The position numbers and the translations under genes are program-made. Positions 1-7,438 of a stretch of DNA of 34,594 nt are shown in pieces. The stretch lies in assembly GCA_947628445.1 (NCBI GenBank), contig CANQZX010000001.1, positions 1 through 34,594 on the forward strand, given 5' to 3'. The DNA comes from an uncultured Bacilli bacterium (GTDB taxonomy: Bacteria > Bacillota_I > Bacilli_A > RF39 > UBA660). A model generated the notes under the pieces. That model did not search any database, was not told the DNA's origin, and saw nothing but the letters and a program-made list of their open reading frames with translations. Each line of letters opens with the position of its first letter. Position 1 is the first letter of the stretch.

Positions 1-28
1 CAAAAGAAAAAACCAATCTTTCGATTGA

Positions 29-84
29 TTCCTATATCAAAAGTTCGAATAGTTCGAACAGATTTCCCAATGGTGCCCTAAGGG
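29..84 (-). repeat. tRNA-3'-end-like remnant (CCCTTAGGGCACCA) followed by a tRNA-trailer motif shared with the tRNA-Cys trailer
   Basis: Minus-strand reading of 71-84 is CCCTTAGGGCACCA. This matches 12 of 14 positions of the tRNA-Thr 3' end CCGTTACGGCACCA (1172-1185). The next 14 nt, CCATTGGGAAATCT (60-73), are identical to 33912-33925 at the 3' end of tRNA-Cys, and ATYCGAACTTTT follows in both copies. Confidence 0.45.
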
Positions 85-125
85 AAGAAGTTCAACAACT
101 TTTTAATAAAAATATAAACTCTAAT

Positions 126-1022
126 TTATTTCTTTTGATTTTTAAGTTTTTCTTTTAAACCATCTTCCATGTTTATTTTTGTTGGAATTATATATTTTGC
201 ATTAATTTTATTAGATATCAAATTGGTAATTACTTTCATTGCTCTTGAACCATCAAACCATAATGGATTATCACTTCTCTCACGTATTTGATTTAAAGAA
301 GTGATAAAGGCATCATGATCATAATTATCACTCATATCTTTTGTTATCATATATTTTTGGTTTTCAGATTTATACAATATGTTTTCTAATAACTTATAAC
401 CTGCATTATTATACCAATATAAATGATCTCCTCCTGCTAATATTAAAACATCAGCTTCTATATTTATATTTCCAATTAGTTCGTTAATATAATTATATAC
501 TTCATTAAAAGTACAATTAGGAGTATCATCTTTTAAACTAGTAAATTTTTGTGTAACGTCTACAACTCCAAAGTCATAGTATTTTTTATCAATTACTTTA
601 CCATTATTAACAAAGATTAATTCAATGGATCCACCACCACCAATAAATACACAGATATTTCCAGAATGTTTTATTTTGTTATAACATCCCAATGCTGTAT
701 ATTTTGCTTCATCTTCTTGAGATACTACTTCTATTTCTACATTAAATTTACTTTTTAATCTCAAATTAATATTGTTTAATTCTTCAGTATTGATATTTCT
801 AAATATACTACATCCGTAAACATGAATATCTTTTGTATATTGCAATGCCTTTTCTATTATATTAAATAATTTATTTAAATCATCTTCATCTATTTTTTGA
901 TTGTGGTTATAATTTTTTTTAAATTCTATTGTTGTATTATCCTCATATATCATTTTTTCATTCTCATAAATATGTGTCTTAGTATTATTACTTCCTATCT
1001 CAATAATAGCAAATGTTTTCAC
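126..1022 (-). CDS. Ppx/GppA-family phosphatase-like protein (ASKHA fold)
   Basis: 298-aa ORF. N-terminal IEIGSNNTK and central FIGGGGSIEL resemble the two phosphate-binding loops of Ppx/GppA proteins. VVSQEDEAKY resembles the conserved EEA segment. Confidence 0.6.
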   Translation of the reverse strand: MKTFAIIEIGSNNTKTHIYENEKMIYEDNTTIEFKKNYNHNQKIDEDDLNKLFNIIEKALQYTKDIHVYGCSIFRNINTEELNNINLRLKSKFNVEIEVVSQEDEAKYTALGCYNKIKHSGNICVFIGGGGSIELIFVNNGKVIDKKYYDFGVVDVTQKFTSLKDDTPNCTFNEVYNYINELIGNINIEADVLILAGGDHLYWYNNAGYKLLENILYKSENQKYMITKDMSDNYDHDAFITSLNQIRERSDNPLWFDGSRAMKVITNLISNKINAKYIIPTKINMEDGLKEKLKNQKK

Positions 1023-1134
1023 TTTTCTTACCTCCTATATCATATTCGACTTGTCAATATGCAAGTATGTTTTCTAAATTGACCAATATATCAATTTATA
1101 CCATAAATATTATATCAAAATTTTAAGCATTTTA

Positions 1135-1161
1135 AAACTCGAACTATAATAGTCCGAGTTT
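1135..1161 (-). terminator. hairpin downstream of tRNA-Thr (weak intrinsic terminator)
   Basis: Minus strand reads AAACTCGGAC-TATTATA-GTTCGAGTTT, a 10-bp stem with one G-U pair, followed by a short T run. Confidence 0.35.
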
Positions 1162-1171
1162 GGTATCTATC

Positions 1172-1245
1172 TGGTGCCGTAACGGTGAATTGAACACCGA
1201 TTTAATCCTTACCATGGATTTGTAATACCATTATACTATTACGGC
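1172..1245 (-). tRNA. tRNA-Thr (anticodon GGU), CCA encoded
   Basis: Hand-folded cloverleaf. Acceptor stem GCCGTAA/TTACGGC. Anticodon stem AATCC/GGATT with loop AUGGUAA. T arm CGGTG-TTCAATT-CACCG. Discriminator A followed by CCA. Confidence 0.9.
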
Positions 1246-1253
1246 GCAAAAGA

Positions 1254-1282
1254 ATTATATCATAAAAATGGTCTTTCGCCAA
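1254..1282 (-). promoter_or_regulatory. sigA-type promoter for tRNA-Thr
   Basis: Minus strand reads TTGGCG (1277-1282), a 17-nt spacer, then TGATATAAT, an extended -10 with TATAAT at 1254-1259. It ends about 8 nt upstream of the tRNA 5' end. Confidence 0.45.
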
Positions 1283-1285
1283 TAA

Positions 1286-2548
1286 TTATGATATTTTTTG
1301 AGGTGGATATTCATCCTCAAAAATATTATATTCTTTTTTCATTACTAAATCATCTTTAATTAAGGATAGTTCAAAGTAAGATAATTCCGTTATTTGGCGT
1401 CCTTTTAAATATGTTTTTAATAATTCATTATCACTTTGTAGAAGGTTTAAAACCTCAACTTGTAAATCTTTTAATTTCGCTTGTTTTAATAATTTAAAAT
1501 CTACCCTTAACAATAACATAAGAGCTTTAACTTTAGACGCCGTAATCATTCCTTTTTCTGGTTTTAGAAATTCCTTTAAATTGGTTAAAGAGGATCCATA
1601 TCTTTTATAACTTATTTCAATTTGATCAATAAAACTCATTAAATCATTATAAGCTTTAATATTTTCCACTAAATCGGTTGTCGCGGAATGACTTAAATTT
1701 TCATTCTTTTCCCCATAAATGGCTAATTGTTCAATAATTGTTTTTTTTAATAATTCTAAATTAGGTAATGAATCTTTAATATTTAGCTTAAATAATTCCG
1801 CGGCATCTTGATATAAATAAGTTGTATCAATACCTATTTTAGTAGCATAATCATTGATTTCTGTTTTTAAAATCTTAATTTTTTGATTTTTAATATGCCG
1901 GTAATTATTTTTAATTTTTTGTGTATAACTCATAATAGTATCTAAACTAAGTTGACCTCTTTTATCTTTTAAAGAATCCTTAATCGGTTTTAATGTTTGG
2001 CCAAACTCATTATATTTAGGTTCCAATATCGCAATTAATTGCATTAATTCATCATAGGCATTAAGGGCACTTATATAATTATTAATGGCATCATTAATCA
2101 TAACTTTAATATTTTTAAACTCATAAGCCATAATTTGGCCCCGATTCGCCGGATTTAATAAACGATCAATTGAGGTTACTAAATTAAGATGATATTCTAG
2201 CATGCGATCTTTTATTTTAAGATAATATTCTTGAAATTCATCAAAAGCAATTTCGTTTTCTTTTATAATATCCGCTTCAGTTTTTACTTTAGGTTCCTTA
2301 GGATTAAAAATTGTATTAAAAATTTTCCCTAAAGTATCTTTTTCGCGTTTTTGAGTTTCTTTTAAAACTATTTTATAAGCTTCATTTATTTCTTTTAATT
2401 TATCTTCGTTTTCTTTTAATAATTCGGCACTAGCATGAGGGTATTTATCGGGATGATAAAACTTTGCCAACTGCCGATAAGCTTTTTTGACATCTTCAAC
2501 TGAAGCGGTATTAGTAACGCCTAAAATTGCATAATAATCTTTAGCCAT
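1286..2548 (-). CDS. J-domain (DnaJ-like) protein with a long helical C-terminal region
   Basis: [10 protein letters not shown]...[12 protein letters not shown] is a canonical J domain with the HPD motif. The ATG at 2548 has AAGGA 9 nt upstream, whereas the ORF-track start at 2557 is a TTG too close to the RBS. There is no Gly/Phe or zinc-finger region. The remainder shows an internal duplication. Confidence 0.8.
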   Translation of the reverse strand: MAKDYYAILGVTNTASVEDVKKAYRQLAKFYHPDKYPHASAELLKENEDKLKEINEAYKIVLKETQKREKDTLGKIFNTIFNPKEPKVKTEADIIKENEIAFDEFQEYYLKIKDRMLEYHLNLVTSIDRLLNPANRGQIMAYEFKNIKVMINDAINNYISALNAYDELMQLIAILEPKYNEFGQTLKPIKDSLKDKRGQLSLDTIMSYTQKIKNNYRHIKNQKIKILKTEINDYATKIGIDTTYLYQDAAELFKLNIKDSLPNLELLKKTIIEQLAIYGEKNENLSHSATTDLVENIKAYNDLMSFIDQIEISYKRYGSSLTNLKEFLKPEKGMITASKVKALMLLLRVDFKLLKQAKLKDLQVEVLNLLQSDNELLKTYLKGRQITELSYFELSLIKDDLVMKKEYNIFEDEYPPQKIS

Positions 2549-2655
2549 GCTAATCAATCCTTTTTATATTACCCTCTCTTATTATTTTACGCTATAAAAC
2601 GGGGTAATCGTCAAGTAATTACCAATATTTTGTTTTTATTTTACTTTCTTTGACA

Positions 2656-3477
2656 TCAACCCCGGAAGCGATTAATACCAATTGCTAGTAAATTCTCAGG
2701 GATACGATTTCTTTTAGCAACTTTTTCTACTGAACCATTTTCCGCAATATAACGACATTCGGCTACAAAGTTACGACCTAACCGGAAATCATTAAGTAAA
2801 AAGACCACGGGTGCTAAAACTTTTGTTAATTCGGGATTTTCCCAAATACTTTTAGCAAAAATAACCATTCTTTCAGGGGCTAAAAAAGAGCCTAATTTCA
2901 TAATTTCATAAATACTATCATCAAGTTTGTCTAAAACTGCAGCTAAATCAATTTTAGATATTTCTTGTAGATAACTAGCTACACTTTTAGAATCATATTC
3001 TCGATGAGCAAAAAATAATTTCATTGCTAATTCAAATTGAATTTGGTTAAAGTTTTCCTTTTTCGCCATTTCTTCCGTATAGGTTACAAACTTAGCGTAG
3101 CCTAATAAATCTTCATAATTGTAAACATCAGGCATTTTTTCAATTAAACGGGATAGACCTTCATATAAAGCAAAAGCATAACGCCGGTCAAAGTTCATTA
3201 GTTTATTCATCATACTTGAAGCAAGAGCCATTTCCTTATCTTCTAACTTATGTCTTTCCATTTGTTTATATAAACCCACGGTTCCATGTAAAATTAAGTC
3301 TTCTTGCCACTTAATATAATCTTCTTCCAGCTTTTTGTCAAAAGGCGGAAAAGAGAGTTCTCCTTGATAAGATAACTCTGTTCCATCACTAAAATACAAT
3401 TTTTGATCATCAAAATTAAGTGTATGTTCCCTTTTTTCTTCGATAACTTTCTTTGCTAGAGTACCACTTAAATACAT
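2656..3477 (-). CDS. hypothetical protein (no recognisable family)
   Basis: 276-aa ORF with its own promoter. The likely start is the ATG at 3477, preceded by GGGTGA. I recognise no motif in it. Confidence 0.6.
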   Translation of the reverse strand: MYLSGTLAKKVIEEKREHTLNFDDQKLYFSDGTELSYQGELSFPPFDKKLEEDYIKWQEDLILHGTVGLYKQMERHKLEDKEMALASSMMNKLMNFDRRYAFALYEGLSRLIEKMPDVYNYEDLLGYAKFVTYTEEMAKKENFNQIQFELAMKLFFAHREYDSKSVASYLQEISKIDLAAVLDKLDDSIYEIMKLGSFLAPERMVIFAKSIWENPELTKVLAPVVFLLNDFRLGRNFVAECRYIAENGSVEKVAKRNRIPENLLAIGINRFRG

Positions 3478-3500
3478 CAAAATCACCCACTTGGCTGCCT

Positions 3501-3528
3501 ATTATATCATTTTTTAGTAATTTTGCAA
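3501..3528 (-). promoter_or_regulatory. sigA-type promoter for the 2656-3477 gene
   Basis: Minus strand reads TTGCAA (3523-3528), a 16-nt spacer, then TGATATAAT with TATAAT at 3501-3506. Confidence 0.5.
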
Positions 3529-3549
3529 GTTTTTCCACTTTTTATGATT

Positions 3550-4875
3550 TTAATCCATTGCTAAACGATAAGGATTTAATTGCGTTCCATTGCCTTTCAA
3601 TAATTTAGTTTGAGAATTTAAATAAAAAACCGGTCTTATCAAATTATTAATGGTATCAGACACTGAATTTGGATGGCCTATACTACCACTTGAAGAAACA
3701 AAAAAACTATGGGATGTACTAGTATTATTATGGGTAATAGTCCATTCAAATAAACCAAGATATAACCAATTTTCTTCAATCGCCGAACGATAATCGGCAT
3801 TATCAGCGCCAGATGTAACTTTTGACCAATTATTAGGTAAAGCTGCATACATATAATCAGAAACATACATGAGTCCAATATAATTGGAATAAAATTGAGG
3901 ATTGGTTTTTGTTAATTCTTTATTAAAAACCGCTTTAGCATTACTTACGGCAATTTCTGACCAAGATCCTCCAGTTATATTCCAATCATGAAACATAATT
4001 AATTTTCGCCATTTTTCCTTTAAATAAGTATTATAGTAAAAATCATTTAAATTATTTTTATTTAAACGACTTTCAAGCCAATTATTAGTTCCTGTACCAC
4101 CTGTTTCTTGTGCTCCATTCCAAAAATAAGTGGCTTTATTTTTAAAATGGGTATTTTCTAAGCGATAAGTACTAAGGGGATTACTAGTAATAGTTTGAGC
4201 ATAATCACCAATTCCTTCACCACCGGTTTGGTCAATAGTTGTATAATCTGCTTTAATTAATTTCATTTCATATTGATTATCATTGTTTAAAAAAAAGCCA
4301 ATTATTTGATATAAATTTTCAATATTACAATTATCATCATCACTATTAAAACAAACAAAATTATTTACTGTTTCTCTTTTCCCCGTATATCGATAACTTA
4401 AATCTTCCGCCTCTAAATTATAATTTTCCATGCCATCATAGTCGGCCTTCCCATCATGATAAATTAGTGCACTATCCTTTTGATAGTTTTGAGTAAAACA
4501 TTCACTCATGTTTTGACCACGACATAAACTAGCGATATTATCCTTATCTAAGTATACATAGCATTTATCACTTTTATCCGCTATTACTTTTACCTTTCCA
4601 TCTTCAAAACTTATTTTACTACCATTTTCACATTTACTTAATTTAGCATTAAATACATATCCCTCTTGAACAAAACTAGCATCTTTACTTTCCTCATACT
4701 TACCTGTTCCTGCTTCACTTTCGAGCATCATACTTATAAAATTATTATTTTTAACTTTTTCCTCGTTAGAAATTATTTTAGCTACAGGATTATTATCTTG
4801 ATAAATTATAATTATGATATTTAATAATAACCAGGTAATTAATATTATATTTAAAAAGGAAAATTTAGTTTTCAT
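3550..4875 (-). CDS. membrane-anchored surface protein, paralog A (conserved N-terminal module plus variable C-terminal module)
   Basis: The ATG at 4875 follows AGGTGA. An N-terminal hydrophobic anchor FSFLNIILITWLLLNIIIIIY is present. Residues up to about 167 are nearly identical to paralog B. The C terminus carries IGLMYVSDYMYAA, IRPVFYLNS and GNGTQLNPYRL motifs. Confidence 0.8.
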   Translation of the reverse strand: MKTKFSFLNIILITWLLLNIIIIIYQDNNPVAKIISNEEKVKNNNFISMMLESEAGTGKYEESKDASFVQEGYVFNAKLSKCENGSKISFEDGKVKVIADKSDKCYVYLDKDNIASLCRGQNMSECFTQNYQKDSALIYHDGKADYDGMENYNLEAEDLSYRYTGKRETVNNFVCFNSDDDNCNIENLYQIIGFFLNNDNQYEMKLIKADYTTIDQTGGEGIGDYAQTITSNPLSTYRLENTHFKNKATYFWNGAQETGGTGTNNWLESRLNKNNLNDFYYNTYLKEKWRKLIMFHDWNITGGSWSEIAVSNAKAVFNKELTKTNPQFYSNYIGLMYVSDYMYAALPNNWSKVTSGADNADYRSAIEENWLYLGLFEWTITHNNTSTSHSFFVSSSGSIGHPNSVSDTINNLIRPVFYLNSQTKLLKGNGTQLNPYRLAMD

Positions 4876-4925
4876 TTTCTTCACCTATTTTCCCCTTTAT
4901 TATATATATATATATATATATGCAA
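4384..4925. repeat. direct repeat copy A (5' half-kilobase of the gene plus 5' UTR plus promoter)
   Basis: By-eye alignment with 5712-6253 shows only scattered substitutions over about 540 nt. Confidence 0.85.
4899..4925 (-). promoter_or_regulatory. promoter with a (TA)n spacer for paralog A
   Basis: Minus strand reads TTGCAT (4920-4925), a 15-nt all-T/A alternating spacer (4905-4919), then TATAAT (4899-4904). The uninterrupted alternating tract spans 4901-4921 (21 nt). Confidence 0.6.
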
Positions 4926-4931
4926 GTTTTT

Positions 4932-6203
4932 TTAATTCATTGCTATACGATAAGGTTTTTCTTTAGTACCATTACCACTGATAAGATTGATCGTTGGTTT
5001 AAGATAAAAGGCTGGTCTTACAGTATAAATATAAGATACTTTATCATATATGATATAGCCTCCAAATGCAAATAATACACCTTGTTGAGGATACATGACT
5101 AATTCCCAATATTTAGGATACAACCAATCAATATTTCTAAAAGTAATATTAGGATCTACATTACATAAATGTCCCTCACCATCATTACCACAAGAGTTCC
5201 AATACTTATTTTCAGCAGCATAAAAATAATCCGATATATACATTAATCCTATTTTAGCATCAACGGTTGCTATTTCTTTATTATTATCAATATTATATAA
5301 TTCTCGAGCATTAAGACGAGAAGGATGTTTTTCATCAAGTAAATTGCTGTTATTGGCCGTAATCCATTTATGACTATTAATATAGTTTTGCCATATAGAA
5401 TTTAAATAGCTATTTAAATAATAACCATTTAAATTAATGTTATTTAAATTACTTTCAGCCCATAACGGCTTAGAAGCATCGCCATTACTAGTATTCCAGC
5501 AATACCGAATAGTATTATTGTCATCTGTTCCACAATAAGCTCCATTTGTACCTAAATGTTTAGTTGATGCTTCCGTAGCTTTAATTAATTTTGCTTCATA
5601 ATTTCCTTCTTCATTTTGAAAGAAACCAATGATGCGATATAAATTATCTTCTAAACAAACCTCATCATTAGAATTAAAACAGACATAATTATTAACAACA
5701 TCATTAGTTCCCGTATATCGATAGCTTAAATCTTCCGCTTCTAGTTCATAATTTTCCATGCCATCATAGTCGGCCTTACCATCATGATAAATTAGTGCAC
5801 TATCCTTTTGATAGTTTTGAGTAAAACATTCACTCATATTTTGACCACGACATAAACTAGCGATATTATCCTTATCTAAGTATACATAGCATTTATCACT
5901 TTTATCCGCTATTACTTTTACCTTTCCATCTTCAAAACTTATTTTGCTACCATTTTCACATTTACTTAATTTGGCATTAAATACATATCCCTCTTGAACA
6001 AAACTAGCGTCTTTACTTTCCTCATACATGCCTGTTCCTGCTTCACTTTCGAGCATCATACTTATAAAATTATTATTTTTGACTTTTTCTTCGTTAGAAA
6101 TTATTTTGACTATAGGACGATTACCTTGATAAATTATAATTATGATATTTAATAATAACCAGATAATTAATATTATATTTAAAAAGGAAAACTTTGGTTT
6201 CAT
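4932..6203 (-). CDS. membrane-anchored surface protein, paralog B (same N-terminal module, different C-terminal module)
   Basis: The ATG at 6203 follows AGGTGA. The N-terminal ~167 aa are nearly identical to paralog A. The C terminus is divergent but keeps IGLMYISDYFYAA, VRPAFYLKP and GNGTKEKPYRI. Confidence 0.8.
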   Translation of the reverse strand: MKPKFSFLNIILIIWLLLNIIIIIYQGNRPIVKIISNEEKVKNNNFISMMLESEAGTGMYEESKDASFVQEGYVFNAKLSKCENGSKISFEDGKVKVIADKSDKCYVYLDKDNIASLCRGQNMSECFTQNYQKDSALIYHDGKADYDGMENYELEAEDLSYRYTGTNDVVNNYVCFNSNDEVCLEDNLYRIIGFFQNEEGNYEAKLIKATEASTKHLGTNGAYCGTDDNNTIRYCWNTSNGDASKPLWAESNLNNINLNGYYLNSYLNSIWQNYINSHKWITANNSNLLDEKHPSRLNARELYNIDNNKEIATVDAKIGLMYISDYFYAAENKYWNSCGNDGEGHLCNVDPNITFRNIDWLYPKYWELVMYPQQGVLFAFGGYIIYDKVSYIYTVRPAFYLKPTINLISGNGTKEKPYRIAMN

Positions 6204-6253
6204 TATCCTCACCTATTTTCCCCTTTATTATATATATATATATATATTGTCAA
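5712..6253. repeat. direct repeat copy B (5' half-kilobase of the gene plus 5' UTR plus promoter)
   Basis: Partner of 4384-4925. Confidence 0.85.
6227..6253 (-). promoter_or_regulatory. promoter with a (TA)n spacer for paralog B
   Basis: Minus strand reads consensus TTGACA (6248-6253), a 15-nt alternating spacer (6233-6247), then TATAAT (6227-6232). The uninterrupted alternating tract spans 6229-6247 (19 nt). Confidence 0.65.
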
Positions 6254-6262
6254 GGTAACGAA

Positions 6263-6482
6263 GTTACTATTCACAGATAAATTATGCAAAAATAATTTTT
6301 CCCACTTTTGGTATTAAAATTGATATAAAATTGGAAATTAAAATCTAAAAAGTAAATATTTTTTGTATACTTCTCCCACTTTGAAGAAAATGGTGTTTTT
6401 AACAACTTTTTTCTGAAATAACTGCAAACCAATATATTATCTAGATTTGCGAGTTTTTTTAAAAAAATCTGTGAATAGTAAC
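6263..6482. mobile_element. MITE-like non-coding element (220 bp) with 16-bp perfect terminal inverted repeats and a flanking 9-10-bp direct duplication
   Basis: GTTACTATTCACAGAT at 6263-6278 is the exact reverse complement of ATCTGTGAATAGTAAC at 6467-6482. GGTAACGAA(G) sits immediately outside both ends, at 6254-6262/3 and 6483-6491/2. The interior has only a low-complexity 80-aa ORF. Confidence 0.5.
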
Positions 6483-6527
6483 GGTAACGAAGCTTTGCAC
6501 ATATGATTATCAAGGCAAAAAATTCTC

Positions 6528-7397
6528 TTATTTGGCGTTATCATCTATTAGATTACAATGCGTACTAGTACATTTTTCATTCTTTAATTCCAGTTCAATA
6601 GTCGAGTGTTCAATATGCCATTTGGCTAGCATATTCCGAATATCTGCCTTTATCTTACTACTATAACGGTTACAAACAACATGCATGGTGGCAAAATTAT
6701 GATAGCCATCAATACTGCGTAAATGAAAATGGTGGATATCAATAATACCGTTAATTTTCATTAATTCTTGCTTTAACTTGGCTAAATCAATATCCGCGGG
6801 CACTTTTTCGAAAAATAAATCCATAATTTTTTGAACTTGGCAGCCCGCATGATAGAAAATATATAAAGCCACAGCAATCGAAAGAACAGCATCCAAATAA
6901 GTAATTTGGGTTATGCGCATAATAATAGCCCCAATTAAAACTACAACCCAGCCCAAAACATCCTCTAACATATGTAGATTAACGGCCTTTTCATTTAAGG
7001 AGTTACCATCTTTAGTATAAAGACAAGCTAGTAGATTAATCGCTACACCCAAAATGGCTAAATAAAGAATACCATCATAATTTAAAGGTACGGGATTAAT
7101 AATTCTTTTAATAGCCTCAATTATTACAACAAGGGAACCAATTAATAAAATAACCGTTGTAATAATGCTTCCTAAAACAGAATATCGAACATAACCATAA
7201 GTATATTTATTGTTGGCTTTTTGATGACTCTTTTTTTCTAAAATAAAGGATAAGCCAATACTTAAAGCATCGCCAAAATCATGCAAAGAATCTGATAAAA
7301 TGGCAATACTGCCGGTTAAAAAGCCACCAATTAGTTCAATAACCGAAAAAACTAAATTTAAAAGAAAAGCTATGAATATATTTTTAACTGTTTTCAT
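6528..7397 (-). CDS. czcD: cation diffusion facilitator family metal exporter (CzcD/ZitB-like)
   Basis: The N-terminal region LLNLVFSVIELIGGFLTGSIAILSDSLHDFGDALS is typical of the CDF family. Six TM segments are apparent, with a His-rich cytoplasmic tail region. Confidence 0.8.
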   Translation of the reverse strand: MKTVKNIFIAFLLNLVFSVIELIGGFLTGSIAILSDSLHDFGDALSIGLSFILEKKSHQKANNKYTYGYVRYSVLGSIITTVILLIGSLVVIIEAIKRIINPVPLNYDGILYLAILGVAINLLACLYTKDGNSLNEKAVNLHMLEDVLGWVVVLIGAIIMRITQITYLDAVLSIAVALYIFYHAGCQVQKIMDLFFEKVPADIDLAKLKQELMKINGIIDIHHFHLRSIDGYHNFATMHVVCNRYSSKIKADIRNMLAKWHIEHSTIELELKNEKCTSTHCNLIDDNAK

Positions 7398-7438
7398 ATT
7401 CTCACCTATTATATTTTAGCACAAAAGAGGAAAGTCGT

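Noticed and set aside
71-125. Possible tRNA gene ending in GGGCACCA on the minus strand
   Set aside because: No T arm with a TTCRA loop, no D arm and no acceptor 5' strand can be folded from the upstream sequence. Only the last 14 nt resemble tRNA-Thr, so I keep it as a remnant rather than a gene.
6254-6492. Recombinase-driven invertible promoter (fimS-like) as the primary interpretation of the inverted-repeat segment
   Set aside because: No tyrosine or serine recombinase gene is present anywhere in the window, and no convincing outward-facing promoter lies inside the segment. The flanking direct duplication fits transposition better. I keep it only as a secondary hypothesis in the finding.
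6271-6513. 80-aa minus-strand ORF between the CDF transporter gene and paralog B
   Set aside because: It lies almost entirely inside the inverted-repeat element. It has a low-complexity Phe/Lys/Tyr/Ile-rich composition and no RBS. I treat it as non-coding.
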